This document shows, piece by piece, positions 19,021-29,514 of a stretch of DNA of 64,000 bases. The position numbers were made by a program, and so were the translations under genes. Source of the stretch: Nitrosopumilus sp. (lineage in GTDB: Archaea > Thermoproteota > Nitrososphaeria > Nitrososphaerales > Nitrosopumilaceae); assembly GCA_965205425.1 (NCBI GenBank), contig CBDBGZ010000009.1:416001-480000 (forward strand), written 5' to 3'. How positions within the stretch are numbered: the stretch's first letter is position 1; each line of letters starts with the position of its first letter. Under the pieces are notes generated by a model, which saw only the letters and a list, made by a program, of their open reading frames with translations, made no database searches and was not told the DNA's origin.

Positions 19021-21237
19021 TTGTTGAATGCATGGGCAATACTATTACTTGTAGTTGCATTGCTGATCCCAAGTAGCATATTTGCACAATCAGAATCAAA
19101 TGAAAAACAACAATTAATTTCAAAACTTGCCGATGATAGTGACATTTTGAATGTAATTCTAAAATTTGAATTATCACGGATTGACAAAATAAAATCATTC
19201 GATGATGTTGATTCTATATTGCATATTTTACAGGAAATTTCTTTTCTTGAAAATCTTGATGAATCAAAATATTTTCCTATACAACATGAGTGGGAAACAA
19301 CAAAACGTGATCTGAAAATACAAAGCAACATAACAGATTTGCTATCTTTTAAAGAAAAAATCCATCAAATTTACGATGCAGTATTTTTGATACAATTATC
19401 TGAAAATATCACTAAAAGAATATCTGACACAGAAAATTTACCACATTTAAAATCTATTTTGAAATCAAAATGGAATTCTGTTAAATCTGGTCTTGCAAAT
19501 GCAAAATCAACTGATGATGTACTAAAACACAAATTAGAAATTGGATACACAGAAAAAATTCTGGATTCAGGATTGAGACTGTATGATAAAACAAATTATT
19601 TAAAAGCAAATCAACTAATTGATCCAACTATTACCCATACTTGGTCTTTATTTCTAAACAGCATTAGTGAGTCTACATCAATTACTAGTGCACATTCTCA
19701 TCTCACAGAATATATAAAAAAATTCTCTGAAATTGAAAATAAACTAATTGCAAAATCTGAATCAGAATACAAAAAACACATTAAAAATTCACAAAACCTT
19801 GGATTATCTGAGCAAACAAAAGAAATCAATAAAATTCTTGACAGTTTACACATGGCCAAAAGCATAAAATCAAACAAAAATCCTTTTGATAATTCTAATG
19901 ATGAAATAATAAACCACATTCTCTACAAATCAGGAACAAAATTCTCTGAAATTGATTCTAAAATCAAGTATTATCATAGTGATGAATATCAAAAAAATCA
20001 AGATGAATTAAAGGAAAAATCACTTCAACTACAAAAAATAATTGATGACACTTATGATGAAATACCTGTATATCATGACATATTATACAAGATTGAAAAT
20101 CGTCTTTCTTACTCTAAAACACTTGATCCTATAGAACTAGAAAAAACTCAACATCTAACTAGTGCCTTGTTTTTTGAGCTAGAAAATCTATACAGAGAAT
20201 ACAAATTTGTAAAAAATTATTCCCCAATATACGAGTCTGATCAACTATCTGCAATTGATAAAAAAACCATTTATTTTGAATTACTAGATGATATTCTAAA
20301 AATATTAGATACGTATGATGATTCTCGTTTTGATCAATACCGTAAAGAATTTTATTTAATGATAGAGGATGCACAAAAATCAATTGAGATCGGCAGTTTC
20401 AAATTGGGGCATGAAAAAACATATGATGCTTTAAAATTTCTAAAAAACAATCTACTAGAGGATGATCCAAGAATAATTTTTAATGTGTCCTTTGACGATT
20501 CTCAAAATCTCTGGGACATTGATGGAGGAGTGTACAAACATTCATTTAATTCAAGAGGCAAAATGTCTTTTGTACTGTATGATGTTGATGGTAACAACAT
20601 TGGTGAGTTGGATTTTCTTAATACAAAACATGGTGAATTCAAAGTCTTATGGCACAAAGATGTATCTCCTGGGTTATACATTGCAAAGATAAGCCATGGC
20701 AATTCCCATGATTATCAGATAATAAGTATACAAAATGAACATGGAACAAAGTTTAGTCAAAAGGAAATTGAAATAATGAGTTTTGCATCGCAATATGAAA
20801 AACTAGAAAACTTTTTGCATGTATTTGGTGGTGATAATTACAAACAATATGATTCTAAATTTACATCAATAATCCAAACAATTCAGAGCAAGCTTAAAGA
20901 GGGAACAACCTCAGATGTTCAGAAAAACATAGACGAATTAAAAAAAGTCACTCAAAGGTATATCCCCATTCATTCCACTGATGCAATTATTGAGGCAGAT
21001 AATGTGCATGGCATGATTTCAATATCTGGCAAGGTTTCAAAATTAATTGATTTTCGAGAGGCACTGTTTATCTCTATATTTGATGAGAATGGAAAACGAA
21101 TTTATGAAAAAATAATTTATGATGACTCTAAGGGCAATTTTGAGTTTTTGTTGGTAAAGCCTGCTCAAAGCGGACTAGTAGTAGTACAATTAGAGTATCA
21201 TGATTTTGTTGCAACAGACATAATTTCAATTACATAG
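19021..21237 (+). CDS. Large secreted protein, helical N-terminal part and beta-rich C-terminal domains, function unknown
   Basis: 738-aa ORF with signal peptide; two similar C-terminal segments (GGVYK..LYDVDGN / SGKVSK..IFDENGK). Confidence 0.75.
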   Translation: MLNAWAILLLVVALLIPSSIFAQSESNEKQQLISKLADDSDILNVILKFELSRIDKIKSFDDVDSILHILQEISFLENLDESKYFPIQHEWETTKRDLKIQSNITDLLSFKEKIHQIYDAVFLIQLSENITKRISDTENLPHLKSILKSKWNSVKSGLANAKSTDDVLKHKLEIGYTEKILDSGLRLYDKTNYLKANQLIDPTITHTWSLFLNSISESTSITSAHSHLTEYIKKFSEIENKLIAKSESEYKKHIKNSQNLGLSEQTKEINKILDSLHMAKSIKSNKNPFDNSNDEIINHILYKSGTKFSEIDSKIKYYHSDEYQKNQDELKEKSLQLQKIIDDTYDEIPVYHDILYKIENRLSYSKTLDPIELEKTQHLTSALFFELENLYREYKFVKNYSPIYESDQLSAIDKKTIYFELLDDILKILDTYDDSRFDQYRKEFYLMIEDAQKSIEIGSFKLGHEKTYDALKFLKNNLLEDDPRIIFNVSFDDSQNLWDIDGGVYKHSFNSRGKMSFVLYDVDGNNIGELDFLNTKHGEFKVLWHKDVSPGLYIAKISHGNSHDYQIISIQNEHGTKFSQKEIEIMSFASQYEKLENFLHVFGGDNYKQYDSKFTSIIQTIQSKLKEGTTSDVQKNIDELKKVTQRYIPIHSTDAIIEADNVHGMISISGKVSKLIDFREALFISIFDENGKRIYEKIIYDDSKGNFEFLLVKPAQSGLVVVQLEYHDFVATDIISIT

Positions 21238-21249
21238 TTTTCCAAGAAA

Positions 21250-21275
21250 GGTTCCAGCCTTTTTGGGATTGAACC
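21250..21275 (+). promoter_or_regulatory. Operator-like inverted repeat upstream of the serpin
   Basis: GGTTCCA-N12-TTGAACC, then TATA-like TTTATG about 30 nt before the ATG. Confidence 0.55.
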
Positions 21276-21320
21276 TATGAGTAGAACGCTTTATGAAGAT
21301 CTTGTCTGAACAAAAAGAAA

Positions 21321-22952
21321 ATGAACAAGATTTTTCCAATTTTATTAGTAGTTTTAATTTCAGGAACTCTTCTTGCAACCACTGTACATGCAGGAGGACC
21401 ATCTCTGAAGATGCAAAAAGAATGGGGATATGATTCTGATGAATTTGGTTGCTGGTATGAAGCTAGTGTATTAGTTGAAAGACCAAATGGTGATTTTGCC
21501 TGTGTTTATCCTCAAACTGCTGAGACATTAAATCTGCGTGGATGGATTATTCTAGTATCTAATATTGTGAATCCAGATGAACCCAAAATTTCAACTCTTT
21601 ACATTGACTCTAAACTTGTCGATTGTGTTGGTGTAGCTCCACAACAATGTATGTTAGTTAGAGAAAATTCTGATGATGAATGGGGGATGTTTTATGGAAA
21701 CATTGATGGATTTGAATATCAAGAAGGAACCGAATACAAAATTAATGTAGAAATTACTGAAATTGATAATCCACCAGCTGATGCTTCTTCTTTAAAATAT
21801 ACTTTAACAAATATTCTAAAATCTTCCAAAGTATTACCTTCTGTTGACATATCTCATACTGTAAATGCAAATAATCAATTTGCACTTGATTTCTATTCTG
21901 ATGTTTCTCAAGATGATGATGATAATGTTTTCTTCTCACCTTGGAGTATTTCTACAGCAGCAGCTATAGTCTATGAAGGAGCAAGAGAAAATACTGCTGA
22001 TCAAATGCAACAAGTATTTGATTTTTCATCGGATTCTTCAACTAGACAATTAGAGTTTCAATATGCTAACTATCTTCTAAATCAAATCAATTCTGAATAT
22101 CGACTAGATGTTGCAAATGGATTGTGGATTCAAGAAGGATTTAACCCACATCCAGAATATGTCGAAATTGCTAGTACATTTTATGACAGTAAAGTCGAAA
22201 CTGTTGATTTTGAAACTAACGGTGTAGATGTAATTAATGAATGGGTGTCTGAGAAAACTCAAGAAAAAATCACAGAATTATTTCCACCAGGACCAAGACC
22301 TGACACAAAACTAGGAATCACAAATGCCATTTACTTTAATGGAACATGGGTATATCCATTTGATGTTGAAAATACTCGAGATGCTCCATTTTGGATAACT
22401 CCTGATGAAAGTATCGATGTTCCAATGATGAATCTTGGAACAAAATATTTGAATTCTACATGGACAGAAGATTTGCAAATTGTACAGCTTCCGTACAAGG
22501 GAGACAAACTATCAATGCTAATTATTTTGCCTCATGAAAAAGATGGTTTGTCATCAATTGAAGAAAATCTTTCTGCAGAAACTCTTGATACTTGGCAAAA
22601 TTCCCTTTACAGCAGCAAAACTCATGTATCTATTCCAAAATTTGAATTAGAAACTGATTATGGATTAAATCCCATTTTGAAAAACCTTGGAATGGTTGAT
22701 GCCTTTGATCCAATTGCAGCAGATTTTTCTGGAATGTCTAATTCGCAATTATTTGTAAGCGAGGCAGTTCACAAAGCATTTGTCAATGTAAATGAAAAAG
22801 GAACCGAAGCTGCAGCAGCTACTGGATTCTGGATGACTTTAGAATCTGCACCTATGCCAATAATAGCTGATCATCCATTTCTATTTGTGATTCAAGATGA
22901 CACTACTGGAAATATTCTCTTTATCGGACGAGTCACAAATCCATCAGAATAA
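21321..22952 (+). CDS. Secreted serpin with an N-terminal DUF4377-like domain
   Basis: [18 protein letters not shown], hinge [11 protein letters not shown] and [20 protein letters not shown]...IDGFEYQEG domain. Confidence 0.93.
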   Translation: MNKIFPILLVVLISGTLLATTVHAGGPSLKMQKEWGYDSDEFGCWYEASVLVERPNGDFACVYPQTAETLNLRGWIILVSNIVNPDEPKISTLYIDSKLVDCVGVAPQQCMLVRENSDDEWGMFYGNIDGFEYQEGTEYKINVEITEIDNPPADASSLKYTLTNILKSSKVLPSVDISHTVNANNQFALDFYSDVSQDDDDNVFFSPWSISTAAAIVYEGARENTADQMQQVFDFSSDSSTRQLEFQYANYLLNQINSEYRLDVANGLWIQEGFNPHPEYVEIASTFYDSKVETVDFETNGVDVINEWVSEKTQEKITELFPPGPRPDTKLGITNAIYFNGTWVYPFDVENTRDAPFWITPDESIDVPMMNLGTKYLNSTWTEDLQIVQLPYKGDKLSMLIILPHEKDGLSSIEENLSAETLDTWQNSLYSSKTHVSIPKFELETDYGLNPILKNLGMVDAFDPIAADFSGMSNSQLFVSEAVHKAFVNVNEKGTEAAAATGFWMTLESAPMPIIADHPFLFVIQDDTTGNILFIGRVTNPSE

Positions 22953-22954
22953 TT

Positions 22955-22978
22955 TGCGTCTATTTTGAACCCCAAAAC
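22955..22978 (+). repeat. Boundary motif copy 4
   Basis: TGCGTC tattttgaa CCCCAAAAC, starting 3 nt after the serpin stop. Confidence 0.6.
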
Positions 22979-22985
22979 AGTAGGT

Positions 22986-23002
22986 GAATCCCCGTGGGCC
23001 CA
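22986..23002 (+). other. tRNA 3'-end-like fragment (possible att relic)
   Basis: GAAT-CCCCG-TGGGCCC-A fits T-loop end, T-stem strand, acceptor strand and discriminator. Confidence 0.45.
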
Positions 23003-23041
23003 TTTTACGCCTATTTTGAATGTGAACATGAAGAAAATAGT

Positions 23042-23223
23042 CTAAAAACTATCTAATCCAATAATAAATGCAATTAGAAATCCTGCAACTGTAGCTAATG
23101 AAATATGATATCCTCCACTTTCATATGCTTCAGGCATCATAGTTTCTGCAAGCATATCTAGTATTGCTCCACCAGCAATACCTAATGTTATTGCGATTAC
23201 TTCAGGACCAAGTTGAGCTATTA
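23042..23223 (-). pseudogene. C-terminal remnant of a ZIP-family metal transporter
   Basis: GIAGGAILDMLAETMMPEAYE; the 5' part is not found on the other side of the IS. Confidence 0.7.
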
Positions 23224-24306
23224 TAGCGACGATCAAAAGTTCGCAAACATCTTTGCAGGATTTCTAAAGATATAATTTGCAACATCAAGCTTGAATTTTG
23301 TCACTCTGAAATATTTTGACACTGCCTTGTTCATTATTGTAAACATTGCATAATACTCTGAAACCAACAATGCATATTTGCTTATCTTCCAGCACTGCTC
23401 TATCATGTTCAAGTATGGTGATCCCTTTGGCAACCAGATTAGTTTGACATCTCTATTGTTTGCAAGGTATTCCTTTACCTTCTTTGATTTGTGAACTGAT
23501 GCTCTATCCAGCATGATTGCAATTTTGCCGTATTTCCAGTGTAACTCTTTTAGATATTCTACAAATGTTACAGCATTGAATTTGTCATAAACTCTAAACA
23601 GTTGATTGCCATTTTCTGTAATTGTACCATACACTGCCAGACTCTCATGTCGTCCTGTATATGGAAGAAATATTCTCTTGGCAACTGGTGACCAGTACTT
23701 TTTTCCTGTTTTTGTATCCCTTACAAAGAATGCTTCATCAGCCATTGCAATGACAAATCCTTTCTTTTTTAGGCGTGAAATTCTCTTTTTGATGCGTTGT
23801 TGCCAGCTTCTCACAGCAGATATACTTGCATGGTTGATGTGATATTTTTGTGCAGTTTTTGCAGACATGCCGTATTGGTGCATTATCTTTCTGATGTGGG
23901 TTATGTGAAATTTTACTCCAGTGGAATAAAAGATACTTTGTTGCAACATTATGGGGGTAAACAAAGTTAGCATTGCTTTTGACATGATAGCATCCATTCG
24001 AGTCTGGGAGATTGTTCTTGGCCTGCCACTTCTTGGGTGGTCGTAGAGGCCATCTATCTCAAAACGACTCGTCCATTTTCTCACCCAGCTTGTGCAGTGG
24101 TGTAATGTCTTTGCAGTGCACTGTATGTCCTTTCCATCCTTTAGAATCATCAACACTGCAAGCATCCTTACTGCAACCTTGGAGTTTTCTTTTTTGTATG
24201 CTGCTTTCAAGTGATTCTAACTTGTTCATCAAATTTTACCATACATAGTGATCAAAAAGTTTTTTGTTTTGGAATAATTTAGTTCACGAACTTTATCTTT
24301 TCGCTA
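23224..24306 (-). mobile_element. IS630-family element A copy 2 (transposase 23233-24210)
   Basis: TIRs TAGCGACGATCAAAAGTTC / TAGCGAAAAGATAAAGTTC; TA duplication; ADEA, LDRASVH and SPYLNMIE motifs; extra T near 24205 uncouples the native ATG. Confidence 0.92.
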
Positions 24307-24584
24307 TAAAAGACAGCTTTTTGAACTTATTTTGTTTTTGTATGTATTTAGCAAGTATTGTTGATTTTTCTCAAAAATGGACTCAGTTGATATGATTTGC
24401 CCTTCTTGAATTTCATAGAATATTTTTTTAGTTTATCTGGTATGGTTTTATCCATTATTTTTGACATTACGATGTAATCAAATGCAGGTTTTACCATGAG
24501 ATACAATGTTTATTATAGTAAATAAATAACGTGAAAAATACTTATCAAAAGACCATTTAATGGAAAAATATAGTATTTAACAAG

Positions 24585-25706
24585 ATGGATGATTTTTCTC
24601 AGGAAGATGTTACAAAATGTGTAAATTCAATATTCAAAGTAACAGAGTTTACAAAAACAGAATACACATTAGAATACAAAATATCAGATAAGGAATTTAA
24701 ATCAAAATTTGAAGATTTGGCGAGAAGATTAGAAGATGAGAACTATATCTGCAAAATTGAAGAAATTGAAGGTGAATTAATTGTGATGATCCAAAAGTTT
24801 ACACAGAAAAAAAGATGGTGGTTAAATTCAACTTGGACACCTAGAATCTTGTTTGCAATAGTAATTGGTTTTGTCATGTTCGATGGATATGGTAGAACTG
24901 TGGATCTTAACAATATCATGAATTTAGGTAAACCCTTGGAAATGGCGATGATTTACACTATTTCGTTAATGGGGATTTTAGGAATACATGAACTTGGTCA
25001 CATGATTGCGGTTAAAAAACACAGATTAAAAACAACATGGCCATTTTTTATTCCAGGAATACCAACAATTACAATATTTCCAACATTTGGAGCGTTTATT
25101 CAATCACGAGGATTAACAATTAATCGACAAATTTTGTTTGATATTGCAATTGCAGGTCCAATTGCAGGATTAATTATTACAATTATTGTTGCACTGTATG
25201 GAGCATATTCTGCACCGCTTCTAGAATTAGAAACAATAGAAAGACTCTATGATGAAGGAGTAGTATCAGATTTTCCATTTGGAGAGCCATTACTTTTGAA
25301 AGGAGCATTTGCATTGTTTGGTAAAGGAGATGTTGGAAATCAGGTAATAATAACTCCTGTTTTGTGGGCATCATGGATTGGATTTTTTATTACATTTTTG
25401 AATTTAATGCCAGCATGGCAATTAGACGGAGGTCACATGGCAAGAACAGTATTTGGTCCTAGATGGCACAAGTATACCACATATGCTAGTTTTATTGTTT
25501 TGGCAGTTATAGGATTTGAATTTGCTGCATTAATTTTTTATTTTTTGAGTAGACGAAATTTTAGTGCATTTCCTTTAGACGATATTTCACCATTATCAAA
25601 GAATAGAAAATTTGCATACGTTGGAATTATTCTATTAGCAATATTGTGTATACCCATACCAGAAAATATCTGCGTTCCAATATTGAGAACTATATGTATT
25701 TTTTAA
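24585..25706 (+). CDS. Site-2 protease (M50) membrane metalloprotease
   Basis: HELGH, AGPIAG and NLMPAWQLDGG motifs. Confidence 0.92.
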   Translation: MDDFSQEDVTKCVNSIFKVTEFTKTEYTLEYKISDKEFKSKFEDLARRLEDENYICKIEEIEGELIVMIQKFTQKKRWWLNSTWTPRILFAIVIGFVMFDGYGRTVDLNNIMNLGKPLEMAMIYTISLMGILGIHELGHMIAVKKHRLKTTWPFFIPGIPTITIFPTFGAFIQSRGLTINRQILFDIAIAGPIAGLIITIIVALYGAYSAPLLELETIERLYDEGVVSDFPFGEPLLLKGAFALFGKGDVGNQVIITPVLWASWIGFFITFLNLMPAWQLDGGHMARTVFGPRWHKYTTYASFIVLAVIGFEFAALIFYFLSRRNFSAFPLDDISPLSKNRKFAYVGIILLAILCIPIPENICVPILRTICIF

Positions 25707-25708
25707 GA

Positions 25709-26791
25709 TCATCTTAACAATAATCTTGCACCATCTGTAACAACTGCAACTTTTTGTCGTACTCCTTGTGTTTTAAGAATATAATCCATAGAATATTTTA
25801 TTCCCTGCATAGAAATCATATTAAGTTTCTTAGCATAAAATTCAGGTAATATTGATACTAGTCCTATCTGGAAATTTTTTTGGATTTCTGAAAGGAATAG
25901 TAAATCTTCCATACCGTTAATGTATGTAGTAGGATTTCGTAATTGTTCTAGAGTTAATCTATCTTCAATATATTGTTGAAGTGCATCAGAGCCTAATCCA
26001 CCTTTACATTCAGCAACTAAAATAGCCAGACCATCTTTTTTGATAGCATTAGAGCAATTCCAAAGTGATGAAAAAGAGTTACCCAGATTATCATTACTTG
26101 CATCTTTTCCAGTACTTATCACCATTGTTTTATGTTGACCAATATCCTTAATGGAATTAGATTCAAGAATTTTTGTTGAAGAAATAGTTTCAGAAGGATG
26201 TGCAATTGAAAAATCTATAATTCCTTCAGAATTTGCAACAATTTCAATCCCTTGAATTTCAAAATTATCTGAAAATTTCTTGGCTTCAGTTAAACTTTCA
26301 GTGTATTGCCCAGGAGTAGGAAGATTTCCTTGTCTTTTTGCATATGCTGAAAGCATAGATTCCTGACCAAATTTTTTGATTAGACGTGTAGCTATAGTTT
26401 CATATCCAAATAATCCATTAAATTCCATCTCCCCCATAAATACAAGATTTGAATTAGAAATATCTACATCATCAAATTCGTTAATTGAACTACCTTCAGG
26501 TAATCCAGATTTTACTAAATTTAGAATTTTTTTATCAGTTAATATTTTTGGAAATGGTTTTGATTTTTGTTCACATAGTGTAAACAATGAAGAGATAATT
26601 TTTAAAATAGATTTAGAATTATGTAACACTACTAATTCCATCGGTTTTGACAAATCAAGTGAGTTTAGTTTTTCGTTGATCGCTGAATCATCTAAAATTT
26701 TACCCTCGGAATCAATTTTTTGCTCCAGATTTTCAGCCTTTATATCCAAAACCACGTCAGTGATTCCATAATTTAACCAGATTTCAGGCAT
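25709..26791 (-). CDS. LarA/DUF2088-like domain protein
   Basis: MPEIWLNYG N-terminus and KKDGLAILVAECKGGLG resemble the LarA fold; catalytic residues not verified. Confidence 0.5.
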   Translation of the reverse strand: MPEIWLNYGITDVVLDIKAENLEQKIDSEGKILDDSAINEKLNSLDLSKPMELVVLHNSKSILKIISSLFTLCEQKSKPFPKILTDKKILNLVKSGLPEGSSINEFDDVDISNSNLVFMGEMEFNGLFGYETIATRLIKKFGQESMLSAYAKRQGNLPTPGQYTESLTEAKKFSDNFEIQGIEIVANSEGIIDFSIAHPSETISSTKILESNSIKDIGQHKTMVISTGKDASNDNLGNSFSSLWNCSNAIKKDGLAILVAECKGGLGSDALQQYIEDRLTLEQLRNPTTYINGMEDLLFLSEIQKNFQIGLVSILPEFYAKKLNMISMQGIKYSMDYILKTQGVRQKVAVVTDGARLLLR

Positions 26792-26841
26792 AATTAATCC
26801 TCAATACAAAACAAAATAAATCCAGTGTAGTTAACTTTTGT

Positions 26842-27447
26842 ATGGAATTTGTAAAAGAGTTTGCAACCTTTTTGCATCAAAAAGGCATCATAAAATTTGG
26901 GGACTTTACACTAGCCAGTGGAAAAAAGAGTTCGTATTATGTAGATTTAAGATTGGTTCCGAGTTATCCTCTTGAATTTAGAAAGATGATAAAATATCTT
27001 GAAAATGAAATTGGTCATGGTATTGGATTAGACAATTTTGAATCAATTGTTTCAGTTCCAACTGGGGGATTAGTAATTGCATCAGCATTAGCAATTGAAA
27101 CTGTAAAACCTCTAATCTATGTTAGAAGCAAGCCAAAAGATTATGGAACATCAAAATCAGTTGAAGGGAAAATTCATGATGGAATGAAAGTAGTTATGAT
27201 AGATGATGTTGCAACTACAGGGGGTTCAGTTGTTAATGCAATTAAATCTCTGAAGGAAGTTAACATTCCAGTAAAAGACGCATATGTCATTGTAAATAGA
27301 ATGGAAGGAGCTGACGAAGCATTATTAGAATTAGGTGTAAAAATGCATTCAATTCTAAATATCTTACAAATCACTGAAGTCTTATTTGAACAAAATCTAA
27401 TTGATGTAGATGTTTTAGAAAAAGTGAAAAAACAAATCAACAAGTAA
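26842..27447 (+). CDS. pyrE: Orotate phosphoribosyltransferase
   Basis: FTLASGKKSSYYVDLR and MIDDVATTGGS motifs. Confidence 0.95.
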   Translation: MEFVKEFATFLHQKGIIKFGDFTLASGKKSSYYVDLRLVPSYPLEFRKMIKYLENEIGHGIGLDNFESIVSVPTGGLVIASALAIETVKPLIYVRSKPKDYGTSKSVEGKIHDGMKVVMIDDVATTGGSVVNAIKSLKEVNIPVKDAYVIVNRMEGADEALLELGVKMHSILNILQITEVLFEQNLIDVDVLEKVKKQINK

Positions 27448-27654
27448 ATTTTGGCAGCTCAGTCAAATGCCTTCCAATCATCAATTCAGATATAACTCTG
27501 ATTCTTCATTGCGGCCAAATAATTTTTAATATGCTCATTTTAAAACTAATGGGCATTTTTTGCCTAATAATTTTATTTTATCTTAAAAACCTAGTTTTCA
27601 TTTTCTATTTAACAATACAATCATAAATTTTCTAAAAAAATAGATGGAGAAGAT

Positions 27655-28134
27655 CTAGGCAGAATCTAGATCATCTTGTGGCGTATTTATCACCTTGAAG
27701 ATTTTGACAGTATAGTCGCCTTCAAAAAAATGGGTGACAGCGCCTTCATCTACTGACAATACTCGAAACCTGTATTCAAAAGAATCATCGCCTTTCAGAT
27801 TTACCTGTGCAACATGAATAGGATCTTCTTCAATTGATTTGAAGAATTGGATAATTACAGGGTATCCTTGAGACGGATCATTAACTTTGCCTTTAACAGT
27901 ACCCCATGGCAATGTATTGTTTTCAGGTACACTCATTGAAGTAACTGTTTTTTCAAGACTTATCTCATCATCTAATTTCAACACAGTAGTTTGAGATTTT
28001 TCTGCAAACACGGGTACGTCCAATAAAAAAATAGACATGCTCAACATCATTCCAAAAAAACAGAACGTTGCTAAGCTTTTTGTGTTTCTTGTGTTACAAG
28101 TTTGCAAGATATCGGATGTAGAAATTTTACTCAT
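27655..28134 (-). CDS. Hypothetical exported protein
   Basis: Hydrophobic leader ending VFA, beta-rich body. Confidence 0.7.
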   Translation of the reverse strand: MSKISTSDILQTCNTRNTKSLATFCFFGMMLSMSIFLLDVPVFAEKSQTTVLKLDDEISLEKTVTSMSVPENNTLPWGTVKGKVNDPSQGYPVIIQFFKSIEEDPIHVAQVNLKGDDSFEYRFRVLSVDEGAVTHFFEGDYTVKIFKVINTPQDDLDSA

Positions 28135-28325
28135 GCTGATGAATCACATCCAAATTTTTGATGACCTCTTCTTGACTTATTTTGATGTGCAGTCAAATTG
28201 CTAGAAATTATAGTATTCTTGCAAAAAGAGTCCAACGTGTTGGCATCATTAATTTTTTCTATTGGATTCCACTGCGAAGATGAAAATCCACCTCTAGAAA
28301 AAAATCTGCTGTCCAAAGGTTTCAT
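28131..28325 (-). CDS. Small hypothetical protein (64 aa)
   Basis: ATGA overlaps at both ends; GAGGAG upstream. Confidence 0.5.
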   Translation of the reverse strand: MKPLDSRFFSRGGFSSSQWNPIEKINDANTLDSFCKNTIISSNLTAHQNKSRRGHQKFGCDSSA

Positions 28326-28432
28326 TTAATCATCTCCTCAACATGATTTTGTAGATGCAGCTGTTCAAGACGACAAACCATCATACTACATACAATCAGA
28401 TTATGATTGGGGAGAATAGATTGTACAGGCAT
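28322..28432 (-). CDS. Small hypothetical protein (36 aa)
   Basis: MPVQSILPNHNLIVCSMMVCRLEQLHLQNHVEEMIK*; GAGGAG upstream; ATGA overlap with next gene. Confidence 0.4.
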   Translation of the reverse strand: MPVQSILPNHNLIVCSMMVCRLEQLHLQNHVEEMIK

Positions 28433-28434
28433 TT

Positions 28435-28602
28435 TTAATATCTCTCCTCAAACAAAACCCAAGATAGACCCATCAAATCCTCAACAGAGAATGTAATGGT
28501 TTTTGTTTGTTGCAAGTGTTTTGACACTGCTTTTACAGGGTTGCTTGCAACCTGAGTTTCAGAAGGCGAGTGTTGCCAGTTGTGCATGATTTGCTGCTTC
28601 AT
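28435..28602 (-). CDS. Small hypothetical protein (55 aa)
   Basis: MKQQIMHNWQHSPSETQVASNPVKAVSKHLQQTKTITFSVEDLMGLSWVLFEERY*; TATA-like TTATATATAA just upstream. Confidence 0.5.
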   Translation of the reverse strand: MKQQIMHNWQHSPSETQVASNPVKAVSKHLQQTKTITFSVEDLMGLSWVLFEERY

Positions 28603-28651
28603 GTAGAAACTGAGCCTGAGTTATATATAACAAGAGATACCGTACAGCGGT

Positions 28652-29509
28652 ATGCCTTTTGAAGATGATGTGACCTATGGAAACTTACAAAATTACAAAT
28701 TATATCTTCGTCCCAACGCACATACTCACTATGGATCACCTAATGGGGAAAAATCATCATTAAGTAAACATCAACAAAATGTTCAGAATCTATTAAAAAT
28801 AATGAGTAAAAATGAATCAATGACCACGTGGGATTTAGCAAAAATATCCATACCAAATGACATCACCAAGCTGCGCGAACGTGAAAAAGTTTATCGAAGG
28901 TTGTTGATAGGTAGAAAAGATAAAGGAATACATTCAAACGGAATTTTAGATTTAGGACTTGTTGTAAAAGATGGGAAGAGTCTCAAGACAGGGATAGCTG
29001 ACAAGTATAGGCTGTCATTGTATGGTATTTTGTATTGTATTGATGTGTTAAATCTGAATGGAAATGAAATTGACAAAATTGCAGAAAAATATTCTAAAAC
29101 ATTACCAAAAGTTTTTGGGAAATGGGAATATATTAAATCAAAGATAGGAGATAAAATATATGGAATCAAATTATTGTCAAACGGATTACTTGCAGATAAT
29201 CCTCAAATCCAAGTTCATCAAGGAATTCCATTTTATGAATTAATGTCATATGTGCACATAAAATACCAAAGAAACTTTGAACATATTTCAGAAGAAAAAC
29301 TTGCAGAACAAATATCTTATTGGTTTTATATCAATTTGTTATATCAACCAATTAAAAAAAATAACATGACAGATGTTGGAATTAGTGGTTTGAATCATAT
29401 ATTTGAAGAGGATACGGAATTAAAAAAATGGTTTCAAGATTTTTTTAAGGAATCAAAAAAATACTACTATGAAAGATACAATATCTTAAAAAAGTCAGAG
29501 ATTAAATAA
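28652..29509 (+). CDS. Hypothetical protein, possible winged-helix DNA-binding protein
   Basis: MTTWDLAK...LGLVVK...YRLSLYG resembles a wHTH. Confidence 0.6.
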   Translation: MPFEDDVTYGNLQNYKLYLRPNAHTHYGSPNGEKSSLSKHQQNVQNLLKIMSKNESMTTWDLAKISIPNDITKLREREKVYRRLLIGRKDKGIHSNGILDLGLVVKDGKSLKTGIADKYRLSLYGILYCIDVLNLNGNEIDKIAEKYSKTLPKVFGKWEYIKSKIGDKIYGIKLLSNGLLADNPQIQVHQGIPFYELMSYVHIKYQRNFEHISEEKLAEQISYWFYINLLYQPIKKNNMTDVGISGLNHIFEEDTELKKWFQDFFKESKKYYYERYNILKKSEIK

Positions 29510-29514
29510 TATTA

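Noticed and set aside
24309..24470. Short minus-strand ORF MSKIMDKTIPDKLKK next to IS630
   Set aside because: Only 39 aa, no motif, and it does not continue the ZIP gene
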